NCBI GenBank assembly: GCA_965112155.1
Contig: OZ218099.1
Reading direction: 5' to 3' (one strand)
From: Podarcis liolepis
Lineage: Eukaryota
Length of the DNA stretch: 64,000 bases
Notes under the pieces: model-generated
Database searches by the model: none
Told to the model about the DNA's origin: nothing
What the model saw: only the letters and a program-made list of their open reading frames with translations
Translations under genes and position numbers: made by a program
In this document: positions 52,942 to 64,000 of the stretch, piece by piece
How the letters are laid out: each line of letters opens with the position of its first letter
How positions within the stretch are numbered: the stretch's first letter is position 1

Positions 52942-53215
52942 ATTAACAAATCCGAGAAGTCGGACAATTCTGATAATGTTAAGGTTGTTGTTCGCTGCCG
53001 GCCTTTCAATGAACGGGAGAAAGCAATGTGTTACAAGATGGCAGTTAATGTCGACGAAATGCGAGGCACTATTACTGTCCATAAAACAGATTCTTCCAAT
53101 GAACCTCCCAAGACATTTACATTTGATACCGTTTTTGGACCAGAGAGCAAACAACTTGATGTTTATAATTTAACTGCAAGGCCAATTATTGACTCTGTTC
53201 TAGAAGGTTATAATG
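52942..53215 (+). CDS. KIF3A: KIF3A exon 2 ([21 protein letters not shown]...DSVLEGYNG)
   Basis: Acceptor atgtag, donor ATG|GTAAG, 274 nt. Confidence 0.97.
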
Positions 53216-54704
53216 GTAAGTGCTTCTTTGTTGCGTAAAAATGATGGTATAAGGGACTTCGTTTTGTAGTAAACACCCTTCTAGAGCTGACCCTTGTTTT
53301 ATTAAGAATTGCAATATCCCGTGTTGTCTGCACCTACTGTTCTGCTTAATTACAGAACGCCAACTGTTCATAAAGTGTTCTGTTTCTGAAAAGTGCCTCT
53401 GTTTTTCTAATTGCTAACATAATCATCAACAACATTTTACTGTGATTAAGACCTGTTCACACACTTACATAATATTCATCCTTCTGCATTATAATCTCCC
53501 AAGTCCTCTTAGAATCATATCTGGTCCCCATCAGACAGCATGTAGATTTCCTCTCTTTGTTGCAGAGGTAACTTTAGTTTAGAGAAATAGTTGTGTCCAG
53601 GGATAGCCAGCATGGTACCTTCCAGATACAGTTGGACTACTAACACCCACCAGCCTGTTCAGACCTTGGGCTCTATTGCACTCCTCTTTCCCCTTTCTTC
53701 TTTCAGTGATGCTGCAAGGAGGAGACTGGCAGGGTCTGCTTCCTGTTAACAGCAACTGCATCCCGCTCACAGTAAAAAGTCAGGATCATAAAACACAGGT
53801 CCTAGCTTTGTCCAATAGTTTAAACCAAACTACTAATATTTCCACAGCTGCATTAAAGGAAGAGGTGGGCAAGGTCAAAGTTTTAGCAAGCTCATTGACA
53901 TAGCACTGAACCATATTTAGCATTGTGTCCATGCCAGGACACGACACCATCCCTGACTTTTCACTTGCTGTTTCCCCAATTCCTGTTATAGGCCTGTTCC
54001 CACATTATGTATGTATGTATGTATGTATACGTACATATGTATATATGTCTGTATTTATGTATGTATGTATGAATTTGGATACATATACTCGAGTCTCCCA
54101 CCACCACCTGATGTGTAAGTTGCATTCATATAGAAACCTTGAAGTTTTGTTTTGTTTTTAAGGCGAGAGAGAGACCTAATTATGGAACCATGCACCCTTC
54201 GTAGTAAATGGGGAAGGTGTGTGTTTTGCACTTAGTACAGTAATGTGTATTCTACTATGACAAGTAAGGTGAATTTTGGGCCTGTGTTAGAATTAGAGGA
54301 GGGTGTTACTGAACTTGTACATGGAGGCTGCTAGCTAATACTGCTGAGAAAAAATCCATTTTAAATCCATTTTAATGGGTTTCCCCTTCTGTGCTTGTCC
54401 TAGAGATACATGCTTTCTTGATAAGTAACAATTTTCTTCCCCAGTCTAGTGAAACTGACCAGAGGTAATGTTAAATTCCAATTCTCAGTTTAAATGAAAT
54501 ATGAGGAGATGGTTTAATGAAGGCAAAACTAAGGAGGTGGGAGTATGTTGAGTCTTAGGTTCACTGTGGCCGGTGCACGTCGTGCTAAGCTAAACCATGA
54601 TTATTATTATTTCATACCCAACCATTGCTATTTACATTGTATTGTCTTAATAGTGCTGGTGGTGTCCAAGAAAGGATTAACAACTTCTCTGCCCTATATT
54701 GCAG

Positions 54705-54849
54705 GCACCATTTTTGCTTATGGACAAACTGGAACGGGGAAAACATTTACTATGGAAGGTGTCCGGGCTGTTCCAGAACTCAGGGGGATCATTCCAAATT
54801 CTTTTGCTCATATTTTTGGCCACATTGCAAAGGCAGAAGGTGATACAAG
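54705..54849 (+). CDS. KIF3A: KIF3A exon 3 ([19 protein letters not shown]-loop)
   Basis: Acceptor ttgcag, donor AG|GTAAAT, 145 nt. Confidence 0.97.
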
Positions 54850-55516
54850 GTAAATCACTTACTTGCTTTCCTCACCCCCAAACCCTAAAACACCAGTGCT
54901 GGGTGAGGCCAACGGCCAAAACTTATCCCACAACCTGTTTCAACACATTCTCAGCTCGATGCTTCTTGGAAGCCCACAATCAGGGCAGTCTGTTGCATTT
55001 CCCCTTCATCTGGTGTTTAGAGTGTTAGGTTGGACTGAGGTTTAGATTACTTGTGAACATGGAAGTTGCAGTTTAGCTATTTGTGCTATTATGCCTACCC
55101 AAAACCATCCTCCGCAAATTTGCCTTATTTCCTACTAAAGCCACTGGCCATGGTCACATCCTGTGGCAGTGAATTTCACAAAGAAATATGCTTTGTGTGT
55201 GCTGGATCTACTGTGTCTCAGTTTCATTACATGGTCAACATGGTCACATTCTAATGTGAGGATGATTATTTTCTCTCTCTGTAACATCATTGTTTTGTAA
55301 TCTTGCATCATGTTCCCACTTTGGCTGCATCTTGTCCCCCAAAGTCAAAAGTCAAAAATGCTTTCACATTTTCTTACAGGAAACGTGCTCCAACCTCCTG
55401 ATTGAAATAAGATTCCTTCATTATTAGTTTTACATTAATCTGGTGTTTTGTATACTTGCTTGTAAGATCAAATTAATTCTGAATATGTTCTTTTTTCTGG
55501 GTGCATTAAACTTCAG

Positions 55517-55601
55517 GTTTTTGGTCAGAGTCTCTTACTTGGAAATCTACAATGAGGAAGTGCGAGACCTGCTGGGGAAGGACCAGACACAGAGGCTGGA
55601 G
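55517..55601 (+). CDS. KIF3A: KIF3A exon 4 ([28 protein letters not shown])
   Basis: Acceptor cttcag, donor GAG|GTAAGC, 85 nt. Confidence 0.97.
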
Positions 55602-55994
55602 GTAAGCACCAGTAACTTTTAAACTAGTGAACAAAGGGAATGGTGTAACAAAATTACTAATGGGCAAATACAAAGTGTTGTCTCCAAATGTCACTCCACT
55701 CGTCAGAAAACTCTTCACGCCAGCAGCAGCTTCTGTGAATGAAAGAGTGAAGGAAATTATTTTTTTTGCAAATTCTCACTTTCTTCTTCACCCTCTCTCA
55801 TGGTGTTCCAGAAATTCCTTAACCCTCTGGAATTTATTTGGTGAAAAGTGAAAATTGCCTTCCCCCCTCCCACCTTCCATTCACAGAAGCTAACACTCAG
55901 AGAGTCTTCTGTGAGCAGAGGGACACAGGGCAGTATTTGTTTAAAGGCTGTTTTTAGGTGCTTTCCCAAAATGACTGCCTGATTTGTCTTATAG

Positions 55995-56100
55995 GTTAAA
56001 GAACGACCCGATGTGGGAGTCTATATCAAAGATCTTTCAGCTTATGTTGTAAACAATGCGGATGACATGGACAGAATTATGACACTTGGTCACAAAAACC
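55995..56100 (+). CDS. KIF3A: KIF3A exon 5 ([36 protein letters not shown])
   Basis: Acceptor ttatag, donor ACC|GTAAGT, 106 nt. Confidence 0.97.
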
Positions 56101-56389
56101 GTAAGTTGCACATAGCCATCTAGCTGTTCTTGCCTCTGTTATAGACGTTATGTCTATGAGGTGGGCAGGGCTGCAAGTTCCATTGCACAGTCAGAAATCC
56201 TTGGGCTGACAGAAAGAGTTAGTTGGATACCATCCAATTGTTGTAGCTTTTCTAAATTATTAATTTGCATACCAACCACTATCCAAGCAGTTCACAGTGG
56301 ATGCTTTTATTTTTGTAATTACCCTATACATCAGGTTAAACTGAGAGATAGGTTGACTTGCCTAAGTCTGGTAAGGCTCCAGTAGTAGA

Positions 56390-56479
56390 TAGGTAGCCGT
56401 GTTGGTCTGCCATAGAAGTGTGCATGCACACGAAAGCTCATACCAAGAACTAACTTAGTTGGTCTTTAAGGTGCTACTG
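56390..56479. mobile_element. Penelope-like element terminal remnant
   Basis: GGTAGCCGTGTTGGTCTG...GAAGTGTGCATGCACACGAAAGCTCAT...TTGGTCTTTAAGGTGCTACTG, a motif set typical of reptile Penelope-like repeats. Confidence 0.65.
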
Positions 56480-56648
56480 AAAAAAAAATTTTTTTTATTC
56501 TGGTAAGGCTATTCAGTTTCATAACCGAGGAAGGATTTGGTTCAAATCTTATCACTATACTACACTGGCTCTTCAGCTGAGCTCTTATGCCCTTGTGGAA
56601 AAGAAGAGACATGCCAGCCAATTTAAGAAAAGACACAATACCTGAATG

Positions 56649-56803
56649 GAAGTTGGACGCTGACCGTTCGTGGGTCGCATAACTAGTTAGCATGCCAGAG
56701 TCTCGATAACGAATGAGACTCTGGCATGCTAACTAGTTATGCGACTAGTTATCCAACTTCTTAGAGGGACAAGTGGTGTTCAGCCATCCGAGATTAAGCA
56801 ATA
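56649..56803. pseudogene. 18S rRNA-derived insertion (inverted piece 56649-56705 plus forward piece 56704-56803) with 14-bp TSD
   Basis: Matches recalled vertebrate 18S sequence CGATAACGAACGAGACTCTGGCATGCTAACTAGTT...CCAACTTCTTAGAGGGACAAGTGGCGTTCAGCCACCCGAGATTGAGCAATA. Flanked by CAATACCTGAATGG at 56636-56649 and 56799-56812. Confidence 0.9.
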
Positions 56804-56839
56804 CCTGAATGGGTAATTGAAACCTTTAAAAATTATGTA

Positions 56840-57100
56840 CAGTGGTACCTCGCAAGACGAATGCCTCGCAAGACGAAAAACGCGCAAGACGAAAGAGTTT
56901 TTCATTTTTTGAGTCATTCCGCAAGACGAATTTCCCTATGGGCTTGCTTGCGAGTTCTTGCGAGTTTGTTTCCTTTTTCTTAAAGCCGCTAAGCCGTTAA
57001 TAGCCGCTAAGCCGCTAATAGCCGTGCTTCGCAAGACGAAAAAACCGCAAGACGAAGAGACTCGCGGAACGGATTAATTTCGTCTTGCGAGGCACCACTG
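56840..57100. mobile_element. Tc1/mariner-type MITE
   Basis: TA|CAGTGGTACCTCGCAAGACGAA...TTCGTCTTGCGAGGCACCACTG|TA; many internal GCAAGACGAA copies. Confidence 0.9.
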
Positions 57101-57783
57101 TATTTGCTGCATGTGGTTGGCTGGTAACCAGCTGAAAGAAATCTAAGCTGCATAATACCAATTAAATGTCACTAAAGTTCCTGATGTTTCCCGTTGGCTT
57201 ATTTTTCTTCATTACCTATGCAAAAAATGCTTGCAGACTGAAGACAACTGGGATGCAGATTCTTGATACTTGAGTTGTTAAAAAAGAAATATCATTCAGC
57301 TCTCAAAGTGGGAACTAAATCTAAATGAATTTCTGTCTTCCACTATGACTGTATGTGCAGCTGAATCAAAAGCTGTAAATTTGGAGCACCAGAAAACATT
57401 GCTGCTGTTCACCCTGGGCAGTGTTTTCTTGGACTATCACAGCTGATGTGATAAACGGATGCATTATAGATGTGTATTTGTTTTTAGCAGTAAGAAGCTG
57501 TGATTATTATGCATTAATTTGATGAATAAGGGCCAAAGACAACATGTGTGCCTTGGTATTATAGTTTTTGAAACAATAATCTGTGCAGTGTTGCAGTTGC
57601 TCTGGTAGCGTCAGAACAGTGTTATTTCAATTGGGGTGCTGTTATTGTTTCATATGTTATTATTGTTATGCATCTTTGTGCATTTATATTGTAAACTGCC
57701 CTGTGATCCTCAGATGAAGGGCAGTATAAAAATTTAATTTTTTTTAAATGGAATTGTTAACATAAGCCTTTACTTGTACATAG

Positions 57784-57923
57784 GTTCTGTTGGTGCCACT
57801 AATATGAATGAGCACAGTTCCCGTTCCCATGCTATCTTTACAATTACAATTGAGTGCAGTGAGAAGGGTGTTGATGGGAATATACATGTGCGCATGGGCA
57901 AACTGCACTTAGTAGACCTTGCG
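57784..57923 (+). CDS. KIF3A: KIF3A exon 6 (switch I NEHSSRSH ... LVDLA)
   Basis: Acceptor acatag, donor GCG|GTAAGT, 140 nt. Confidence 0.97.
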
Positions 57924-58730
57924 GTAAGTTGCTACATTCATTCCTTGCGGAGAAGTTGTTGCATGCATTTCTGATGCATCTGTCTTGGGCTATCTTAACA
58001 CGAGGGCTGAGATACCATCACAGGCATCACAGGAGACCCTTCTTTCAGAGCCATCTTGTGCGGGTACTCAAAAGCAAGTGTCTCTGTATTAAGTGGTGCT
58101 TACTCACCAAGGATTGCTGGCTCAAAGCACTGGGACAACTTGGGCACATTCACCCAAGCTCAGTTGCAAGGAAGAAGAAGACCATAACTTTGCAGGAACA
58201 GTCTTAAAAGCTTTTACTGTGTAACTATCATTAAAATTGTGGAGGATGAGATTCTGTGCCATCTTTTCTTCTAGGAATTGATTCTTGGTTTGTTGGAAAA
58301 ATGTAGTAGGTTCCCTTAGATCAGTTGAAACTTCTGTGCCCTAGCTGGACTTTTTCTGCCTACCAGTGTTTAAAATACAGTGTTTGTTCCTGAAAATCCT
58401 CAAATACAAAAACAGTATATCTGGAATTTTATTTGCCTTTCAGCCTGTGTGCCTTTTATAACCCACAGCAATCATGATCTGCCCCTCTGGCTCTGCAATA
58501 ATGAGGCCTAGGGATGCTTTATGTAATAAAAATGATCCCACTGTTCCCTCTTCCTGCAGTGCAGTACCTTTGTAATACTTCTTTTTCTTCTTGTTTTCAA
58601 GTCTGGACCCCAAGGCATTGCTTGTAGCAGTTGGCATCCCTAAAGTAACATCTGCCCTGGGGTTCCTTGCAGTGTTTCTGGGGTGCAGCTTTTGAGTCAT
58701 ACACCAAGTATGAACTTCTTGATTAACTGA

Positions 58731-59105
<375 letters not shown>

Positions 59106-59767
59106 TAATGCTCTAGTGAGCCGAGGCAACAGCTTCTTGTAATAGCTGCTATTGCTACTTCTCCTTTATGCTCCTTCCCAAGGAATTTCCACACAGCACT
59201 TTCTCCCTGCTTCCCATTTTGTCTTCACTAAGCAGGGATTTCAGTTGGACAGCTTGTACAATATGCCACACCAGCCCTTAATGGGAATTTTTTAATGTCT
59301 TTGTTTTGCTGCAAAATTGTGTGTGGGATTCAGTTAAGTTGTTGTATACATGGAACAATGTCTGCTAGTACAGCTGGACTCCCTCCCCCTTATGTGCTCC
59401 CATATACCTTAAATCTACTCTGGTTCAGGTTTGGGGGGCATGTGGGGGAAGGAAAGGGGGAAGGAAAGTCTTGTTGCACAAGTGAGCCTCTGTCTGCATG
59501 CATACCCCACTTAGCGCTACCTTGAATTCCACCCTCTATAAGTAATATATACAATATGGGGTGTGTATGTGAAGTTTGAGCTTTCCATGTTTGGGGTTTG
59601 GGTTAGCCTAATTCTTGAAAGCATGATAAAGCAGGCAAATACATACAGAAACATTTTTTTTAGCCTGGTGTGTTTAGTATAATGTAGGAAGCGTTACCAA
59701 TTGGTGAAGCAGACATGAACCACATTGATAAATAAATTTATACATTTCTATGCATTAAAGGAAAGGT

Positions 59768-59883
59768 GCTAGTTCAGGCAGTAGAGCATGAAACTCTCAA
59801 TCTCAGGACTATGGGTTCGAGCCCCATGTTGGCAAAAGATTCCTGCATTGCAGGGGGTTGGACTAGATTCTGTGATTCTATGG
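59768..59883 (+). mobile_element. tRNA-derived SINE with CR1-like tail (Squam3-type)
   Basis: B box GGTTCGAGCCC, then ATTCCTGCATTGCAGGGGGTTGGACTAGAT...GATTCTATG. Confidence 0.75.
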
Positions 59884-60194
59884 AGCCACCTCTTTATATA
59901 TTAGGCTTCCTAACTGGTGCCCCCTGTATAAGTTCAGGCCAAACCCGGGCACAGGAATTTGTGAACCAAGTAGGGGTCTCTAACAGCTGGACAACAGACA
60001 TTTGGCCTTCAGTTATGCTTTGGGCTGAGATCTGTAGAGCAGCCCCATGGCCAACAGGCGACAAAACTTTACCCTAAATGTGATCACTGTGCTGTGCAGT
60101 CTGTAGAATTGACTTTGTTTTTCTTCAAACTGTAGTTTTCTAGGCTCTTGCTTCCACCCAGCTTTTTGTACATAGCTTTATTCTTCTTTCTTAG

Positions 60195-60369
60195 TGTGCA
60201 AACATTGGTCCAGCAGACTACAATTATGACGAGACTATCAGCACTCTGCGATATGCCAACCGTGCCAAGAACATCAAGAATAAGGCTAGAATTAATGAAG
60301 ATCCAAAGGATGCTTTGCTTCGCCAATTTCAAAAAGAAATTGAAGAACTTAAGAAAAAGTTGGAGGAAG
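60195..60369 (+). CDS. KIF3A: KIF3A exon 8 ([58 protein letters not shown])
   Basis: Acceptor tcttag, donor AAG|GTAACC, 175 nt, neck linker. Confidence 0.97.
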
Positions 60370-60545
60370 GTAACCTGCCAACTCTTTTCTTCCAGTCCTT
60401 TTTCAATAGAGATTACAAGCAGGTAGCAGAAATAGCACTGAGTGTCCAAATTACCGTAATAACTTTCCAAATGGCAGAGAAATTCTGATGCTAAAATTCT
60501 GATTGTTAAAATGCATAAAGGTTATGAACCTGTCCTCATAGGAGA

Positions 60546-60651
60546 GGAGTGGGGAACCTTTGGCCCTCCAGGTGTTGCTGAACTACAACTCCCATCTGCC
60601 CTAGCGAGCATGGACAATGGCAACATGGAGGGCCAAAGGTTCCCCACACCG
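60546..60651. mobile_element. Short hAT-like MITE; related copies near 2955-3105 and 35888-36028
   Basis: GTGGGGAACCTTTGGCCCTCCA...TGGAGGGCCAAAGGTTCCCCAC inverted repeats; ACTACAACTCCCATC core. Confidence 0.7.
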
Positions 60652-61072
60652 GCTGTGGGGTGTACAGAATGACACCCCCTTTAATTCTCACAACCTTTTG
60701 AGGTGGGTTAGTGAGAGTGAGCAACTGACCCCAAAGTCATTGTATTAGAACCCAAATATTCCCAAATCTAAGCCAAGTACTTGAACCACTACATCATACT
60801 TGATCTGAACTTCAAATTAGTGCTTAATTCCTTTCAGTAAAATATTACATCTGCCCACTAGATGGTACCTGGAGCTAAGAGTAGATTGCCGGTCACTTGT
60901 TTTTCTTTGTTTAGGCTTGCCTGCAGCTAGTGTTTTACTTATTTAACAAAATTTATATGCTGCTTGATTGTGAATAGAACCTATAACTGGTTTACACACA
61001 AAAAGCACATTAAAATTGTTAATAAAAAGTGTTTAAAAAGTATTTTTTATAATTAAAATTGAGAGTTAAGCT

Positions 61073-61435
61073 AAGGTAAAGGTACCCCTGCCCGTACGGG
61101 CCAGTCGTGTCCGACTCTGGGGTTGCGTGCTCATCTCGCTCTAGAGGCCGTGAGCCGGCGCCGTCCGAAGACACTTCCGGGTCACGTGGCCAGCGTGACG
61201 AAGCTGCAGCTGGCGAGCCAGCACCAGTGCAGCACACGGAAACGCCATTTACCTTCCCGCTATAAAGCGGTCCCTATTTATCTACTTGCACTTAAGAGTG
61301 CTTTCGAACTGCTAGGTGGGCAGGAGCTGGGACCGAACGATGGGAGCTCACCCCGCCGCGGGGATTCGAACCGCCAACCATACGATCGGCAAGTCCTAGG
61401 CACTGAGGTTTTACCCACAGCGCCACCCGTGTCCC
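61073..61435 (-). mobile_element. Full-length Sauria SINE
   Basis: Minus strand GGGACACGGGTGGCGCTGTGG (A box)...GGTTCGAATCC (B box)...ACCTTTACCTT tail; CpG-rich, so young. Confidence 0.9.
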
Positions 61436-61688
61436 TTAATTTGATAAAGACCAGGCCCACATCCAGCTGCTAATGGTAGTCTGTTTGGTAAAGTCTGCCA
61501 GGCTTCCTTGCTTTCCGATTTTCTAGGAAGGGTGGGAAAGGAAAATGGACGGAACTAGGGTGAGTTTCAAATTAAGATAATGAAGTGTATGGGTGCCTCG
61601 CTGATGTAACAATAAGCTGTAGCTGAGCACTGACTGAAGAGTGTCTTTTTCTTGGATAAGCCACTAAAAAAACACAATAATACTATAG

Positions 61689-61790
61689 GGGAAGAGATCT
61701 CTGGCTCTGAGACGAGTGGCTCTGAAGATGATGATGAAGACGATGATGGGGAGATTGGAGAAGATGGAGAAAAGCGAAAGAAGCGAAGAG
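61689..61790 (+). CDS. KIF3A: KIF3A exon 9 (GEEISGSETSGSEDDDEDDDGEIGEDGEKRKKRR)
   Basis: Acceptor actatag, donor GAG|GTAAGG, 102 nt, acidic hinge typical of KIF3A. Confidence 0.94.
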
Positions 61791-62509
61791 GTAAGGTGCT
61801 GGAAAAAAAATAGCTGCAGTTTGCCTTTTAATTATCTGTATTTTGCTGTAATTATGCTGTAATTATCATGGCTCTTTTAGAAGTGTTGGAATTGCTTACT
61901 TAAAAGATAAATGCTGTTTCCGCTTGCCCAACACACTTGTGCTAGTTTTCTTGAATAACATGGCTCTTAAGTGACAGTATGTTCATAGTTCAGGAATTCA
62001 CAGGTATTTGAGTTCTTGGTTGATTTTTTTCTCAGCGATTGTAACAGGGAGGGTGCATGGGTAGTCAGATAATCTGGGTTGTATGAAATGCTATACACTG
62101 TCAAGGGTTGTGCATATCAAGGTGGTCACTGTCTTGTCTCAATACTTTGGTGTACTTAGTACAGGCTTTTTTATTTTAGGATATACACTTGACTCTTGAA
62201 AATACTACTGGAAAGCAAGCTCCACTGAAATAAGTGGAACTTGCTTCAACCAACATGTTAGTGCCTGGATTTTGATTGTGTAGCTGGAGAGATCTAGCTG
62301 TGAACATATTTGATGTTCAGCCATGGTTGCCAAGGAGTTTGCTGTATGGGCCTCTCTGTGTTTATGGCATGCTCATTCCTAAGAAAAACCCTTGCCACAT
62401 CTGCAAATCTGTTGCATCCTCCTCTTATCTTCCTTTTGGGAATGAGGGAGCAGTGGTGATGGGTCTTTTAATCATTTCTTTCTGAAGACAGTTGCCTTAT
62501 ACTGAGAGA

Positions 62510-62650
62510 CCCATTGGGCCATCTAGCTCAGCATTGTGTGCACTGACTTGCAGCAGCTCTCCAGGGTGTGACTGAGGGCTATCCCAGGCCTCCTTGAACA
62601 TGCTAGAGATTGAACCAGGGACCACTGGCATGCAAAGAAGATGCTCTGCC
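62510..62650 (-). mobile_element. Old tRNA-derived SINE; related copy near 16075-16245
   Basis: GATTGAACCAGGGACC (reverse B box) and GCAAAGAAGATGCTCTGCC head. Confidence 0.55.
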
Positions 62651-64000
62651 AGATTCTGTTTTCTCTGTAAATAGAAATCCATATATTTTATCCATAACAA
62701 CATAATCCAAACAACATAATCATAAACCTGAAATAATTTCATCCATTTAAACCACATGCAAAGTCATGATTTTAACACTGAGCCCCCTCAGCACATTTTT
62801 AAATTAGTGCGAAAAGAAAATTGAAGTTCAATCCCAAATTATCAGCATAACTTGATGCATTCTGTAAACTAGTTTCAGGCTTACATGCAAACAGATTATG
62901 CTAAAGTGATGCTCCCATCTATACTTTTTACCTTTGGCCAAAGAAGTAAATAATTAAATTGATTTAAACAAGAATCAACTGAATACTTTGAAGTTTTTGC
63001 AAACTTTTTCTTCTTCTTCTTCTTCTTAAATAAGCCTCTTGTAGCACCAAGGATATTGACCAGATCCTCACGCTCATGCGTTTCCTCACTGTGACACCCC
63101 ATGCTGGGAGGTCTTGCACTTATTTGAACATATTGAAAACATATACAGCTGCATATTGGACCTGCCAGAGAACAGGGCAAGGAGATTCTGTGGCTAACTG
63201 AATGCAGAATCTCTTGGTTGGAATGTTGTTGTCTTCATCAGTGTTGGGGAACTTATGGTCCGCAGGCCTAGTAGGGCATGACAGTGGTCCTAATTAAGAC
63301 TTTAAAACTGTTTTCCCCACCTGCCCAACACTTGACATCAGGTGTGGGACACCTAAAGACATGCTTGGATTTGGGTGCGCTAGGTAGTTTCCCATTAGTA
63401 GTTTTCTAGTGCAGCCAATGGGGCTGTGCTCAATGCCCATCAGCTGATGGGTTTCTTCACCTTTGAAGGAGATGATCTCAGTGCCAGCTGGGAGGGCCCT
63501 GCCAGCATTGAGCCATGGAGGGTGGGGGAAGTAAAGATCCACTTCCCAGCACCCAATCTATATGCATTAAGGTGATACACGAGCCTGAATTTTCTTTATC
63601 TTTACCATGCATGGCAGAGGGAGAGAATGCCTGAACAGGCCTTGTGTTATGTCTGTTTAAATCATGAGTAGCTCAATGGGTCTAAACTCTTCCTGCATTA
63701 GAAAAAATAAATAGGTGTCTGCTCTGTTGACATTTCTTCACTGTTCACATTTCTTCTGTTTTCTGCTTAGATTGGTGTGTGCTTTTGTGCAACTAGTGTT
63801 CGTTTATGGGTCTGAAAAGCTAGTATTGCTAGATGGTCTGTCTGATCCGTGCTCTCATTCTGAAACAGTGGGTATTTAATAAAAATCCTGACAATTTCCT
63901 TGATCACAGTGAAGAGGAGCAGGCTTATTTATGGTCAGGCTGCCTCCAGATTAGTTCCGGCTTCAGAGCAGTGTGCAGGCTTGTTGCAAGATCTCTGATC

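Noticed and set aside
56649-56803. Functional rRNA gene
   Set aside because: Only about 100 nt of 18S, rearranged and mutated; treated as an inserted fragment.
56850-57090. CRISPR-like repeated GCAAGACGAA motif
   Set aside because: Short, irregularly spaced, inside a TIR-bounded MITE in a vertebrate intron.
59768-59835. tRNA-Lys gene (also 27977-28040)
   Set aside because: Cloverleaf is degenerate and followed by a CR1-like tail, so these are SINE heads.
63740-63800. Possible KIF3A microexon after a good acceptor at 63770
   Set aside because: ATTG|GT would be 4 nt (frameshift) and longer reading hits TAG. It does not match the KIF3A alternative exons I recall.

Overview
Vertebrate nuclear DNA, most likely a squamate. 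A Sauria-type SINE and the MITE families point to a lacertid lizard (inference). It carries the conserved SEPTIN8-CCNI2-KIF3A block. SEPTIN8 (+) is 5'-truncated, with 7 core coding exons (2627-15356) and several alternative terminal exons. CCNI2 (-) is complete: 6 coding exons, 367 aa (41292-33022), with a probable non-coding first exon in a CpG island near 45.8-46.4 kb. KIF3A (+) has exons 1-9 (48744-61790) and is 3'-truncated; it starts from a second CpG island head-to-head with CCNI2. Introns hold many TA-flanked Tc1/mariner MITEs, a hAT MITE with 8-bp TSD, a solo LTR with 5-bp TSD, SINEs, and CR1, L2 and Penelope remnants. Standout observations: (1) a SEPTIN8 alternative last coding exon lying wholly antisense inside a CCNI2 coding exon, so both strands are coding; (2) a TSD-flanked, partly inverted 18S rRNA fragment in a KIF3A intron that forms a perfect 31-bp hairpin; (3) a GC-AG intron in SEPTIN8; (4) a cyclin-I-like CCNI2 architecture with tandem uORFs. 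No prokaryote-type system (CRISPR etc.) is present. Homology calls rest on recalled vertebrate sequences, not on database searches.
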